From positions 72,168,001-72,232,000 of the forward strand of contig NC_043004.1 in the NCBI RefSeq assembly GCF_006345805.1: a stretch of DNA of 64,000 bases, read 5' to 3'. Below the pieces are notes generated by a model that was given only the letters and a program-made list of their open reading frames with translations, was not told where the DNA came from and made no database searches. This document shows positions 39,546-54,185 of this stretch, one piece after another; position 1 is the stretch's first letter, and each line of letters opens with the position of its first letter. The position numbers and the translations under genes were made by a program. Origin of the DNA: Octopus sinensis (Eukaryota).

Positions 39546-41018
39546 CGAGACCATCATTTACGAAATTTGTTTGAAATTTCAGAAACTTTAAGGGAAATTG
39601 TTTTCTAAACTCAGGAATTCATAGTATCGTGCAAAAATAAAATAAATAAAATTGGGGTTAGGTTAAGGCCTAATTGATTCTTATTTTTAGCACATTTCTC
39701 GATTAGAGTACAGGCAGCAGATGGGCACAAGCAGCTGAACACTGCAGCGATGCACGAGCTATCGCGTATTATAAGGAGCATACAGGAGGCAGTTGACTAA
39801 GTTAGTTATTATATATGGCTGAAAAGTGAAGGCCCGAAATGACTCAAAAGCCATAACTTGCCGACTGGAAAATAGCATCGATAGGTGAGGCTGGTTGGTA
39901 CTTAAACAGCTTTGCTGCTTGGCAGGTGGGCTGAGGAAACCATCTCGATCATTGCGCGCCCTCTTCCCCAGATAGCTAGTCGGCTCTGGCTGCTGGAGCT
40001 GAAACTAACGCAACTCTTTTGGAAAGTAGGTTTAGAGAGATCGTGGGTCAAAGCTTCGCGCCCTTACCCTCCATTGGTCAGTTGAAGTATAGATGGAGTC
40101 ACGTGACAGTTAGCTGGCACTGGCTGCTGGAGCTTACAGGAGAGTAATAAAAGGGAAATTTGGTAAGGTAGTCGTTCGCTCGATGACATTCGTTGATGCT
40201 GCATCGAAGAAACCAAAGAACAGAAGGCCAAAGAAAAGATTTAAAAAACTCACTCGACATCAGAGCTGAAGACACCTCCGAAAGGTGGGGAGCACGTCGA
40301 CAGCAGTACAGGAGTAGGGGCTGAAACCGGATGTGGCTCCTCCTGATGATGTCTTTAGCCATTGAATCCTTTAAAGGAGCTGTTAGCGAACTTTGAAACC
40401 TGCTTGGAATACCCCTTGTCAATATGTACTCTCTCGCAGATAAAAGAGTTCCTATGCTTGGTTTCTTACTATAGAAGCAGGCATGAATGTATCTGTGGTA
40501 TACGATTGTCTAAAATTACCCTAAATTTTCAAACTTTAAAAGCTAACTCCTTATTTATTGATTTATTTCGAATATGAATTTCAAAGCAGTGATTAGTATA
40601 TAAAACCATATCATTACACCCAATATGAAATCAATTCGAGCAGAAGTTGAAGAGACTGAAAGTTAACAACCAAACAGAAAAATCCCCATTCCTTCTTGTC
40701 TTTCCATCACCTCCTCTTCTCCACCAAATACACACAGAAATACCCACATAACTCAATCAACCTTCATACTGGTCAAAAGGGATGAGTAACCCCAGTTGTA
40801 CATTCATTAATGTTATATCGCCAGAAGAGATGAATCCATGAAGATGATCAACCCGATACTCAAGGATAGTATATCATCCCAGGAATACGGACTGTGATCA
40901 TTAGAGACATATGATTTGTGGAAACACGTATAGCGTTTATGGGCATATTCAAAACATTTCCTGTTAACAAATTTAAAAGATATATGCGTGTGTATGTGTG
41001 TATATACATATATATGTA

Positions 41019-41590
<572 letters not shown>

Positions 41591-41788
41591 GGAGTATTTA
41601 GTATTAAAGCAAATTTCACAATATAAATATATAAAATATATAAATTAGAGAAAAAAACACTATTATTCAATTTTGTGATCTAGTTTTAATATATATTTTA
41701 TTTTTTATTTATGATTTGGTTTATGTCCATCATTGTTTGAATTGCATAATAGTGGTTTTTCTCTAATATATATATATAATAGATAGTA

Positions 41789-41842
<54 letters not shown>

Positions 41843-42598
41843 TCATATATGAGTACAGGACATCACTAACGGCTCAAACAGCATGAAATACGTAAACAAA
41901 TGTTCAAATGCATAAACAACGAGAAACAAATGGAGAACAGGAAAGTAAACATAGAGAAAGGACTCTTCATCAGTTGTCGGCTGTCTATCTACTCCTCATT
42001 TTGAACATTCAGCGAAATTATGAGTTTTCAAAGACAGTTGATCCCAGAAATCCTAAAATAAAACTTAGGATTTATGGAAGGTAAAATTTGGGAACAAAAA
42101 CATGATAGTGGAGACATGCAAGGAACCCGAGCAAACATAGAGGGTCGTCAGACCAGAAAAAGAGAAAAATAGTGAACGCTGTGAGAAATATTTTTTTGAA
42201 AAGAGAAAAGATACAAGAGGGAGAAAAAACGTTCGCATTTTTGAACGTCCGTGCAGGAAAAGAAACATGGTCATGTGAGGAAAAGAAAGAATGACGATGG
42301 TCACGTGTGAGCAACAAGAGAGAGAGAGAGAAGTGAGAGGGACAGATAGAAAACGGTGAAGGAGGGCGAGGAGAAAAAGCGAATTAGAGCAGGGTGGAGG
42401 AAGAAAACAGTATAGAGAAGAGAGTTTACTTGTCCTGTTCTCCATTTTTCTCGTTGTTTATGTATTTAACCCGTTTGTTTACGAATTTCGTGTTGTTTGA
42501 ACAGGTGATTTCTTGTACCTATATGTGCATGTGTATACAATATATTATTTACTATTTATTATCTAATTGAACGCCACGCATCCATTTTCAAGTAAATT

Positions 42599-42631
<33 letters not shown>

Positions 42632-43329
42632 TTATATATATATATACATACAGACAGGCCAGACCTGACAGTCAGACAGTCAGACATACAGAGATTGTTT
42701 AAAGTAGTGTAGAAATTCTATATATTGATCTTAAGAAAAGAATTTAGTCAGAATTAGGATAAAAATTGTTGGCTTGGTGCTTTAGATCCTTTCAGGAAGT
42801 CATTAATGAATGTTCTCTTATAGAAAGTTCATGTGAGCTAGTTGAAAAAATCGGGAGCTGAATGTTTTTCTTGGATTTTAGAAATACGTTTTGAGAATGG
42901 TTATTAGAGATGGGTTTTTTTTTATTTTGTATTTATATGTGGGTATATATGAATGCGGAATCGTGCGTGTTTGTGACGAAATTCGGAGGTGCGGTTAGAA
43001 ACAGAGGTGAGTAAAGAGAAGGAAAGGGACAAAGAAAATAAGGAGGGAAGAAGGAAAGAAATAATGAAAGAAAAAAAAGAAACAAACAAACAAACAAACA
43101 AAGGGGTGTTTTTTAAGTAAAAAGGTCACCTTTTGTGTCAATTGCTTATGAATTTTTGGTTAGTTGTCGTCGAATTGTTTTGGAAGGTTTTTAATGTGTG
43201 CGTGTGTGTGTGCATCTGTCTGTCTATTTTTAAGCTTATGTAAAATGTGTGGATGTGTATGTGTGTGAGTTTAAGCTTGTGTGTGTGTGTTGGTTGCTTG
43301 GTTATTTACATGAATTGCTTCAGTTATTT

Positions 43330-43830
43330 TATTAATAATAATGAGAACGTTATTCATAATTATATCCAGTAGTGATCTTGTTTGGATACTCCTGGAAATT
43401 AAATTTTTAATAAGGATTTCTCATAATAGTTTAGTTGAAATAATTTTTTTTTATAGGATGTAGTTCCATTGCCTTCCGGTAATTTGGATCATTCCATGAA
43501 CATTTGTAGAAAGGAAGGATCTTGAATAAGTTGTTTGAATCCAGTTGCCTGCTAATTATTTCTGCCTGATGTGTTGTCTATATGTTTTTGCACGTTGACA
43601 AAGGGAATTGTTGGTTTCGCCAATGTAATTCCCTTTGCAATTGGGGAATTTCACGCAGAATATTACATTTTGTGTCTTGCGGTTCATATTTGCATTCGTT
43701 TGGAAGGAGAACCCACCTTTAAAATTTATACTAGAATTAGTGTTCAGGTATTTGAAATTGTTGTAGTTGCTACATACTCCACATCTATTGTTTTCGAATC
43801 ATTTCACAGAGAATTCAGAAAATAGTAAAG
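43330..43830 (-). mobile_element. Penelope-like GIY-YIG fragment
   Basis: Minus-strand NMNRKTQNVIFCVKFPNCKGNYIGETNNSLCQRAKTYRQHIRQ. Confidence 0.8.
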
Positions 43831-43844
43831 TGTGAAAAAACGAC

Positions 43845-44512
43845 AGAAGCCACTGATGTCGAAAAACGAACAGTAAGCATAATTAAATCTCAGAATGAGA
43901 TTCAAACAGGGACAACAATCCCGAAACTAGTTCGAGCGTATCACTCAGGATTGCGAGGAAGGGATAGCCTCTCTTTACAAATACTCCAAGGACACTGATA
44001 TTGTGTCTAAAGCCAGCTAGAGACGAAGATCCCTTGGGGCTATAAAGCTACAGTAACACCCCCTCCCCAATATGGTTAGCCATGATAAGATGGCTTCTAT
44101 ACTTTACATTATCGAGCGATTACTGTTTGAATCTCATTCTGAGATTTAATTATGCTTACTGTTCGTTTTTCGACATCAGTGGCAGACGCCATTAGAAAAC
44201 CTTATATATGTTTGCAAAGAGGCCTTCACTTTCATCGCGACCTGGTGGTTACCGCCCGTTGACGAGGGACAACAATCCCGAAACTAGTTCGAGCGTATCA
44301 CTCTGGCTTGCGAGGAAGGGATGGCCTCCCTTTGCAAATACTCCAAGGACACTGATATTGTGTCTAAAGCCAGCTAGAGACGAAGATCTCTTGGGGCTAT
44401 AAAGCTACAGTAGCACCCCCTCCCCAATGTGGTTAGCCATGATAAGATGGCTTCTATACTTTACATTATCGAGCGATTACTGTTTCAATCTCATTCTGAG
44501 ATTTAATTATGC
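43845..44512 (+). mobile_element. Hammerhead-bearing tandem terminal repeat (357-nt period) with a short 5' inversion
   Basis: agggacaacaatcccgaaac at 43908 and 44265; 43845-43905 is the reverse complement of about 44118-44182 and runs into the Penelope fragment; homologous to 18401-18790. Confidence 0.75.
44253..44295 (+). ncRNA. Minimal type I hammerhead motif (related subfamily; C3U core change)
   Basis: cgcccg TTGACGA GGGA-caacaa-TCCC GAA ACTAGT T cgagcg; 4-bp stem II, palindromic stem III ACTAGT, GUU triplet, 5/6-bp stem I. Confidence 0.7.
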
Positions 44513-44536
44513 TATATATATATATATATATATATA

Positions 44537-45804
44537 CGAGGGGCGTTCAATAAGTAATGCCCCTGAACCACTTCCCATACCAGTAGAGCAACGGAACTTG
44601 GCACAGTTATTGGTCTTTTTCTACATAGGAACCACTCAGAGTTATGCATCTCTCCCATCGTTTGATCCAGCTCTGGAGACCGTTTTTGTAAAATAGCCCA
44701 GCTTGGTACTCCATCCACGACGTGACTTTAGAAATCAAGGCTGCATCATCTGGGAAATGCTTTCCTTTCAAAAACAACTTCATGGCTGGGAAGCGGTGAA
44801 AATCAGAGGGTGCAAGGTCAGGAGAGTAGGGGGTGGGGGAGGAGTTCATAGCCGCACGCTTGTGCTTCTGATCTGGCGACACGCGTGTTGTGGACCGGAG
44901 CGTTGTCCTGCAGGAGGAGGATGCCTTCGCTGATCTTGCCCCGCCTCTTGATTTTGATAGCTTCTCTTAATTTCCTCAAAAGTGAAGCATAATAGGCTCC
45001 TTTAATTGTGGTACCCTTCTCCAGGAAATCTGTCATTACTACTCCGTCCTGGTCCCAGAAGACTGTGAGCATGACCTTGCCTTCTTTGGAGGAGGTGAGT
45101 CACGGTGCTTCTACTGCATTGACTGGGGTTTGGTCTCTGGATCATAGTGATGGACCCAGGTTTCATCCTGTGTAATCAGTCTTTTGAAAACGTTTGACTC
45201 ATCTTCTTGGTACGTCTCCAAATTCATCCTCGAGCACTCGACGCGTTCTTGCTTCTGAAAAGGTGTGAGCAACCTGGGAATCCATGTGGCAGACACCTTT
45301 TGCATATGCAAATGGTCATGAATGATAGTTTCCACAGACCCGGTACTAATCTTGACCTCATGGGCTATTTGGCGAATAGTTATGCGTCGATCTTCCAAAA
45401 TTGCAGCCTCAACTTGACGGACAGATGCCTCATCAATGACAGAAGGGGGGCGACCAGATCTGGGAGCTGTTTCCACAGAGTTCCGACCGTGTTTGAATTC
45501 ACGATGCCAGCGTTTTACAAGGTCATATGATGGGGCATCGTCACCATAAGTTACTTTCATTTCATCAAAAGTCTCCCGTGGTGTGCGTCCTTTCAAATAC
45601 AAAAACCGGATCACTGCTCGACACTCAACAGGCTCCATTTCACACTTGACTCAGTTCAAACACCTGTAAATCAGAAACCATAATTAGTTCAGAGCTGCAA
45701 TTTGCCACCTATTCTATAGAGATATAAGTAATTGCACATGCAAAATTTCAACTAGATCAAACACCTGGAAGTGGGTCAGAGGCATTACTTATTGAACGTC
45801 CCTC

Positions 45805-45805
<1 letters not shown>
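44537..45805 (-). mobile_element. Near full-length mariner (irritans-like), 1269 bp, inactivated
   Basis: 39-bp TIRs cgagg(g/a)cgttcaataagtaatgcc..., flanking TA; TQDETW, LLQDNAP and YSPDLAPSDF (D,D34D-type) split over three ORFs. Confidence 0.95.
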
Positions 45806-45871
<66 letters not shown>

Positions 45872-45969
45872 CAATTGAGGATAAACTCTTTAAAAGAAAT
45901 TATCAGTAGTCAGCGTGAAAAACCTCGTAAGAGAAAAAATCCGTAAATTCTTCCTCTTTGAAAATATTC

Positions 45970-46233
45970 ATTTATATTATATTGAGGGTACTACTATTCG
46001 TAGATACCAACACGCTAAGAGGGACCTATGCGGTCAAAACTACTAAAAATAAACAAAATTTTACCGAATGCAAAACTTCAAAACACATCATTTTAAAAAA
46101 GAATTTTTAAAATGATGTGTTTTGAAGTTTTGCATTCGGTAAAATTTTGTTTATTTTTAGTAGTTTTGACCGCATAGGTCTCTCTTAGCGTGTTGGTATC
46201 TACGAATAGTAGTACCCTCAATATAATATAAAT
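45970..46233. repeat. Near-perfect palindrome: 130-bp arms, 1 mismatch, 4-nt loop
   Basis: 45970-46099 vs 46104-46233. Confidence 0.9.
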
Positions 46234-46399
46234 ATATATATATATATAAGTTGAATAACCTTAAAACATCTGGTTTGCACGTTTTTTGTTGTTGTATTTA
46301 AGAATTGTTTTTACCTTGCTGAAGTGTGTTAAACATTAAAAAAATTGAAAAAAATATTAGTGTGTTAAACATTAAAAGAAATTTGGAAAAAATATATAT

Positions 46400-47700
46400 C
46401 TGTATTTTGTATAAGCCAACATGCCCGGTAAAATGAATGGAGCCTCGAGAATCGGACAGGATCTTAAAAGAGATAGCAAGCAATTATCAACACTTATGTC
46501 AGTAATGTTAACAGAAGCAACAATCCTACAGGAACTGGAAAAGGAATTGACAGATAAGAAAGATATATCTACAAATCTACATTCAGAAATCAAGGATTTA
46601 TCTAAGACCCTATCAGAAGTGGTGAAAGCTCCAAGAGAAAGCCTAACAGCCAACATGGATACAGGAACTTAACGAAACAAATTTAGAAAAAGTATCCTAT
46701 CGAAAAAGAAAACAAATTTGGACAATCCGCATTATCAAAACATTTTTAACATCATGAAAATAAATTTGCCAATCATGAGAGAAAGGGAAAACTTTCAAAG
46801 CGTGATTACTAATCAAACACTTATCTTAAGCAAAATTCTACATGAAAAAACAGGATAAAGCATTCACAGCATCCAAGTGTAATGATAATAAATGCGGAAA
46901 GTGTCAATACATACATACGGGTAGATCCGTTAGAAGAAAAATAAAATGGACAGATTTTGCAAATGCAGATATGAACTGCAAAAGCAGTAATTTGATCTAC
47001 TGTATTAAATGCTCTAATTGCGAAGAGTTATACATTGGCGAGACAGGGAATGCATTATCGGAACGTCCACGATACCACAGACAACAAATCAGGAACACTA
47101 ATCTTCGCCAAATTCCATTGAGCGAACATATTGAAGCATGTGGTCAGAAAATGTTTCTAATTATTTTTCTTTCCACAAACTACATGACACAAGTGAGGTT
47201 GGAAGAAAGATAAAACAAAAACGTTTTAAGAAAATTTCAAACCTGTTCTGAACGGAAATAACAACAATAATATAACAAACCATCAATGATGTGGATTACA
47301 AAATATCATTAACATATGAATATAAACAGAAGACTCCCACTAATTGATAGAAAAACGATCGAAACCAACTACGTTTGCTCACTCATAAGACCAATACATG
47401 TAAACCGGAAGCTAATTGGTTCAAATAAAGGCAGGATCTATGCCAGTAACGTCAGTGCTCCCGGCAAACCATGACTTTTACGCTGCATGCGGATTGGACA
47501 AACCGTATTCGAAAGATTCAACTTGTTGGAACCTTCTAAAAGATATAAAAAAGAAAGAAGTTAATTGTTTCACTACAGTTGTCAATAACACAGCTGTCAG
47601 TTAAATGCATTTTGAAATCTGATGATTACTACGAACGTATGAAAGCGCTAATTGAACTTTATGAACGTTACATAAAATTTTCTTTTAATGTCTAACGAGA
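46400..47700 (+). mobile_element. Penelope-like element 3' part with terminal repeat
   Basis: KCNDNKCGKC...NCKSSNLIYCIKCSNCEELYIGETG...HRQQIR; hammerhead-like motif at 47613-47654. Confidence 0.85.
47613..47654 (+). ncRNA. Degenerate hammerhead-like motif 3' of a Penelope ORF
   Basis: aaat CTGATGA ttac TACG-aa-CGTA t GAA AGCGCT A attg; palindromic stem III, stem II out of register. Confidence 0.45.
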
Positions 47701-47819
47701 AAAGATATCAATACCAATGAGTTGTAACACTTTCTTTGCATATTCAATCCAATATCACTGAAGCAGAGACGAAACAAAATGGTTTCAAGATTTGGCAGAT
47801 GGCCGGCAGTTTTAAAGGA

Positions 47820-47975
47820 AATGTAAGTCGATCACTGATATTTGTTTTATCGACCTCGAAAGGATGAATGGCAAAGCCACCACGACGCCATTTGAACTCT
47901 GAACGTGAAGATGAATGAAATACCGCTAAGCATTTTGACCAGTGTAATAACGATTCTGCCATTTCGCCTCCTTAA
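47820..47975 (-). mobile_element. Nin-like SINE at the paralogous position to 1790-1935
   Basis: Same SINE consensus, followed by the conserved intron block (ctaag.tga...ttagga) that precedes exon a in both paralogs. Confidence 0.7.
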
Positions 47976-48171
47976 TAATAAATAAATAATGATAATCTAA
48001 GTTGAGGTTTAGGAAAATATTTTATTGCATTTAATAATTTTAGAATGAGTTCAGTTAATTTTCACTGTACTGTGTGCTACATGTTTCCTTTAATATCTTG
48101 ATAACGCTTTTGCAACACCCTGCATGTGCAGTTACATATAACTCATTGATATCCATTTCTGGTTGTTTCAG

Positions 48172-48263
48172 GCAACAAGTGGCAGAAAGTATTGAAGATG
48201 ACCAGTATCTCATTTGAAAGAAATCCTATTTATTTATACTGGGAGAATTTGCATATCGAAAAG
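48172..48263 (+). CDS. Paralog 2, coding exon a (92 nt, phase 1 to 0)
   Basis: gtttcAG|gc aac aag tgg...gaaaag|GTaatt; (G)NKWQKVLKMTSISFERNPIYLYWENLHIEK. Confidence 0.9.
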
Positions 48264-48619
48264 GTAATTCAATTTGGAAATTTCCAAAAGATGTACATTT
48301 AAATAACAACTTCTCAGTTCCCTATCGCTTGGGATACATGACATTTTTACCTTTCCCTGTCGATATTGCAATGATACATGTAATTAGTGCTGTTGGGTTT
48401 GTCCATGTTCTTTCTGCTTTACATTCAAACAAGATCCAGTTTTGCTTCCTTGTCTTATTTTCGCACATAATATATCTATAACAAGATAATCCAATGCATT
48501 TTATTAGGTGGTACTGTATACTCTGAGAGAGGTTTGCCTTCTATTTCTTGACGATTAAGTGGAAACATAGAAGTCCATTCTGTTGTAAGATGTGACGTTG
48601 GAGTGTGGCATAAAATTAT

Positions 48620-49139
48620 ATCAACTATAGTGGAAGTGTTATCATGCAAATTGCTTTGTCTTGGTATAAAAGATGAGCTACAGCAAATAATCAGGTCACT
48701 ACCACAGATTTGATTGTCAGTTGCTTGACCTTAACCACATGAGCACGTTCCTTAATGGCTGACAATATGTGCATCTCTGATCAGGTGCAGAAGTAGTGGG
48801 GAGCATCATAGAATGTGTTGAGAGGAATTCTTAGGGATTTGAATTATTCCCCTCTAGAAACATGGGTGTTTCATTCATCATCCTTAAAACAAATCTTCTT
48901 CAGGGATCTCTTGAGCAAAATACGCTACTCACTCTCAAGGAAAATACAACTGGGCCCCACCTGTAAGGTCATGCACTGTTTATCTCGATGTAAGATCACC
49001 ATTTCGCGCACATATGGTTGTGATGCCTGTACCTGGTGTAACATTACCAGACAGGCAGTCAAGATTGGTATATTAGGCTTCTTATATTTGTATCACAGTT
49101 TCACTTTGATGACATACGCTGTTCCCTCAATCAATAAAT

Positions 49140-49198
<59 letters not shown>

Positions 49199-50858
49199 CT
49201 GACAGCATACAGTAGAAATCGTGAGGGACATTTTCCAGGGGGACTGCCTGTCCCCACAGATCTTTGTACTGTGCTTGACACCACTAACACTGATTCTGAG
49301 GAAAGCAAAAGCTGGGTACGTATTCAAAAGCCGCCAACAAAAAGTCAACAATTTGTTATTCATGGATGACTTCAAACTTTATGGTGAAGATGACGCTCAA
49401 GTCAGTTCCTTCATTGATACGGTGTATACCTTCATTGCTGATATCAGAATGGAGTTCGGACAGAGAAAGTGTGGTGTGTTAGTCTTGAAGAGAAGCAAAA
49501 TCAAATGTATTGACGGGTTAACGATACCGTCGGGGGAGGTTATGAAGCAGATAGAGAAGACGGGCTATAAGAACATGGGGATACTGGAAATGGATAAATT
49601 GATGGGGAAAAAAATGACAGAAAAATTTATGGTGGTGTACTTGCGCAGACTGAGATTGATATTCAAGTCAAAATTAAATGGACGGAATAAGATTAAAACT
49701 ATCAACACCTGGGCGGTTTCACTCCGTAGATATGGAGCAGAGGTAATCGCATGGACAGAAGACGAACTAAACAGCTTAGACAGAAAGACAAGGAAGTTGC
49801 TGACTAGATATAGTTCACTCCAACCAAAAAGTGACACAGATAGACTATATGTAACAAGAAGAGGAAGCGGACTTACTGGATGCGAACACAGCATTATAGC
49901 AGAAAAAACATAACATGGTATGTAAAAGAAATGCCACAGAACCGCTATTATTAGAAGTAAGAAGGTCAGGCTTGTGTAGGATGGAAGATTGCAAAGATAA
50001 ATCACTGTATAAGCAACTGAAAACCAATGAAACTGAAAATAGCTGGGTAAAGAAAAGAATGCATGGATAATTCCACAGGGATGTTGAAGATAAGGCAGAC
50101 AGAGAAAAAAGATGGCTTTGGATGACTAAACGCGATTTAAATCTGGAAACGGAGGCTCTAATCTGTGCTGCCCAAGAGCAAGCATTAAGAACCAATTACA
50201 TCAAATACAGAATAGACAACACATCAGAAAGTGATAAGCGCAGAAATTTTGGACTAAATGGTGAAACCGTATGGCATATTAACAGTCAATGAACGCCACT
50301 AGCCCAGAAGGAATATAAAACACGTCATGACAATATAGCCAGGCTTGCCCATTGTATGCTCTGTAACAAGCAAGGTCTTGACAGAGAAAATTGGTACGAC
50401 CACAAACCCGAAGACATCATCGAAAATGGAAATGCAAAGATCCTATGGGATTTTATGATTCAGTGCGACTATGAGATAGAGAATAGGAAGCCGGACATAG
50501 TCATAATTGACAAAGAAAGTAAACTATACTGGATCATAGATATAGCACGCCCAGCTGACAACAAGGTATGCGATAAGGTACAAAGAAAAGTCGAGAGGTA
50601 TGACAGGTTAGCTTGGGAGGTAAAGCAGTTGTTGTCGATGAAAAAGGTGGTAGTGGTACCAATAATTGTCGGAGCCCTGGGAACATTGAGTAAAAATCTC
50701 AAGAATACGTGGAAGAAACATGGGCTGCAAACAGCACTGCTTGGAACCGCTCGAACACTCCGGAAGGTGCTTGAAAACTAAGAGATGTTACCTTAGGTCA
50801 CTGGTAGTGAACAGCTGAGAATGTAGTACATCTCTAATATTAGAAGCTGTGCAAAGGC

Positions 50859-50895
<37 letters not shown>

Positions 50896-51101
50896 TTTTC
50901 TACTCTAGGCACAAGGCCCGAAATTTGGTGTGAGGGGCCAGTCGATTAGATCGACCTTAGTGTACAACTGGTACTTAATTTATCGACGCCGAAATGATGA
51001 AAGGCAAAGTCGACCTCGGCGGAGTTCAAACTCAGAACATAAAGACAGGCGAAATTCTGCTAAGGATTTCGCCCGGCGTGCAAACGTTTCTGCCAGCTCG
51101 C

Positions 51102-51169
<68 letters not shown>

Positions 51170-52319
51170 AATAATAATAATAATAATAAACTCTGAGGAC
51201 TGGATGTTAAAACTTGTCTCAAAACGTGAAAACAAGAAAGCATCATACTCAGTAACAAAACAGACAAAGGAATATCTAAGTGAATTCCGAATACAACAAA
51301 TTTCGGAATTAGAGATAGACATACAAGAAACAAGCTAAGCGCATGAAAACCTGTGCTAAAACTGCGGCTTTAGATATTCTGAATGATAAATGGCAAGAAA
51401 AACCTCTCTATGGCAAATACCCAAAGAGAGCGAATAATGCAGATGTTGATAAAGCCCTGACCCATCAATGGCTTAAAATCTGAAACAGAGGGGTTTATCA
51501 TAGCAGCTCAAGATCAATGCCTACCGACAAGAAACTAGCAGACCAACATATTAAAGAACGGTAGTAGCCCAACATGTCGGGTATGTCAGCAACAAAATGA
51601 AACTATTGATCATGTTGTCTCCAAGTGCAGTCTTCTAGCGCCTACAGAGTATCTCAACAGGCATGATAGAGCTGCACAATATATTCACTGGGTAATCTGC
51701 AAAAACCTGGATTTGCCCCATGAAAAAAATGGTGGGAACACAAACCACCCCCAGTGCTTGAAAATGACCACATCTCCCTCCTCTGGAACTTCCTCATTCA
51801 AACTGACAGAAAGATAGATGCAAATAGGCCAGACATCATATTGAAAGACTTCAAACAAAGAACATGCCTCCTCATTGATATGACTGTCCCAATCGATATA
51901 AACGTATCCGTCAAGACCTACCAAAAACTGAGCAAATATAAAGATCTTGAAATAGAAATCAGCAAAATGTGGAGCCTGAAGACTAAAACAATATATGTTG
52001 TCATAGGTGCCCTGGGAATGATAGCAAAAGGGGCTGATTACTACCTAACTCAGATACCAGGACATGACAGAAATTCAAAGGATAGTGCTCATGGGAACTG
52101 CTCATATCCTACGCAAAATATTTTCTATGTAATCTCAAGGTTTAAAACAAACATAATTTTTTTTAGACATCCACTAGTACAACACCAAAAAAAAAACAAC
52201 CAAATATATGGCACACTAGGCATAACAACAACGTGAACTTCCAGCCTGTTGTCTCTTGAGGTCTCTGGGTGAGACTTGGAGCCAACTTGTACAAATATAA
52301 AGCAAAAGTCAAACATAGG

Positions 52320-52362
<43 letters not shown>

Positions 52363-52415
52363 TAATAATAATAATAATAATAATAATGATGATGATTATG
52401 ATGACGATGATGATG

Positions 52416-52463
<48 letters not shown>

Positions 52464-52860
52464 TAATAATAATAATAATAATCGAAATTGCTCGGTGATG
52501 TACAGTAATAATAATTATCCTAGTTCAATACCAGGCACTGGCTCTCATGGTTTCTCCATTTAACTGTTTGTAGGTGTTATCATGTATATGTTTTGTCTAT
52601 GATGGGCTATAGCAAATATTCTGCCCAATACCACAGACGTGCTTGACTGTTATTTGACCTTAACCAGTTGAGCATGTCCCTTAGTGACTGACGACATGTG
52701 CATCTCTAATCACGTGCAGAAGTATTTGAGGATCATAATAGCAATATGTTGAAAGGAATTCTTTGGAATTTGAGTAATTCACCTCTAGAAACATGGGTGT
52801 TTTATGCATCGTCCTTAAAACAAACCTTATTCAGGGACCTTTTGTGCGTGATGAGATACT
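48620..52860 (+). mobile_element. Cluster of AAT-targeted R4/Dong-like elements
   Basis: 48620-49140 and 52495-52860 non-coding 3' repeats; 49200-50855 RT (IFQGDCLSP, LFMDDFKLY) plus REL (NRKPDIVIID...WIIDIA); 51195-52318 (ANRPDIILKD...LLIDMT); Nin-like SINE 50896-51100 on the minus strand; (AAT)n between all pieces. Confidence 0.88.
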
Positions 52861-52899
52861 CTCGACATATAGAACGTTCTAGCTACGTCCCGCCTCCGA

Positions 52900-53560
52900 G
52901 GTCGACTTTTCCTTTCATTATTCCACCAGAAATGATTAAATATTGAGCCAAACGTCCTACCATAAGATACGAGGAGTTCATAATCAGCAACAAAACTAGG
53001 AGTGTTTGGAGATTGATTCGGTGTGTTGGTTATGATATAAACTGGTGTTAAAAGATCCGAATGACGAAGGAGTCAATTTCTCTACAGGTGTGTTGGAGTA
53101 GAAAGAATGAAAGATGTAAAAGGTATTTCGGACATTGAAACAAATAAGAAAAGCGATTTAAGGAGTTTGAAGAGCGATGAAAGAGCAAGTGAACTTGGAT
53201 CAACGTGGAATAATTACTTTCAAGCGCAATAACAAGATATTTGAACCGCTATACTAAGTTCGAAATGGGTATGGTGAGTGGTTATAAGTTTAGGTATATA
53301 AAATTTAGTAAACGCGGGTTACAGAAAGAGAGATAGAGATAAATATATGATTGTGGCTCAGAGATAAGTGTTTTGTTTCGCATTTTCATAAGAATTGCTG
53401 GATGAGTGAAATTTAGATAGAACTTGGCGAATACCAATGTTACATTGAGATGGAATTGATACTTGCTGATTTTGTCTTTGGTTTTGTTTCTGTTCTGAAC
53501 TTGTCATGATTTTGTACTCTTCACAGATGCAACAGAACTTTTGGAAAAATATCGAAATCC
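52900..53560 (-). mobile_element. Old LINE fragment, paralogous to 10240-10900
   Basis: Alignable blocks at the same position upstream of exon b. Confidence 0.6.
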
Positions 53561-53748
53561 CAATACATAGTCCAATTCTTTGCCTTGTAAATCACGAATA
53601 TTTTTTCCTAAACCCGAACACTTTCGCTTCCTTTATCGAGCATTTCAATCACAATTGTGCTCTCTCAGATCTTTCTTTATTTCCGCCTCTCTCTCCTTTT
53701 CTCTCTCTCTCCCTCTGTCTATCTATCTATATCACTCTTTGTCTCGGT

Positions 53749-53826
<78 letters not shown>

Positions 53827-53958
53827 AGACAAAGATATATATATATACCGAGACAAAGATATATATATGTATATATATATATGTGTGTGTGTGTGTGTAT
53901 ACACAGACAGACATACACACGATATTTTACCCTTTCGCTTCTTCTCTGTCTCTCTCGC

Positions 53959-54024
<66 letters not shown>

Positions 54025-54058
54025 GTCATCCTTATATTCTTTCTCTTTCTGCTACTCA

Positions 54059-54147
<89 letters not shown>

Positions 54148-54185
54148 ACATTCTTTATCAATCCTCGTCATCTTTTCATTTGCAG

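Noticed and set aside
40439-40496. Possible phase 0 to 1 exon IKEFLCLVSYYRSRHECICG
   Set aside because: Weak donor (gtatac), abuts a repeat end, and has no homologous support
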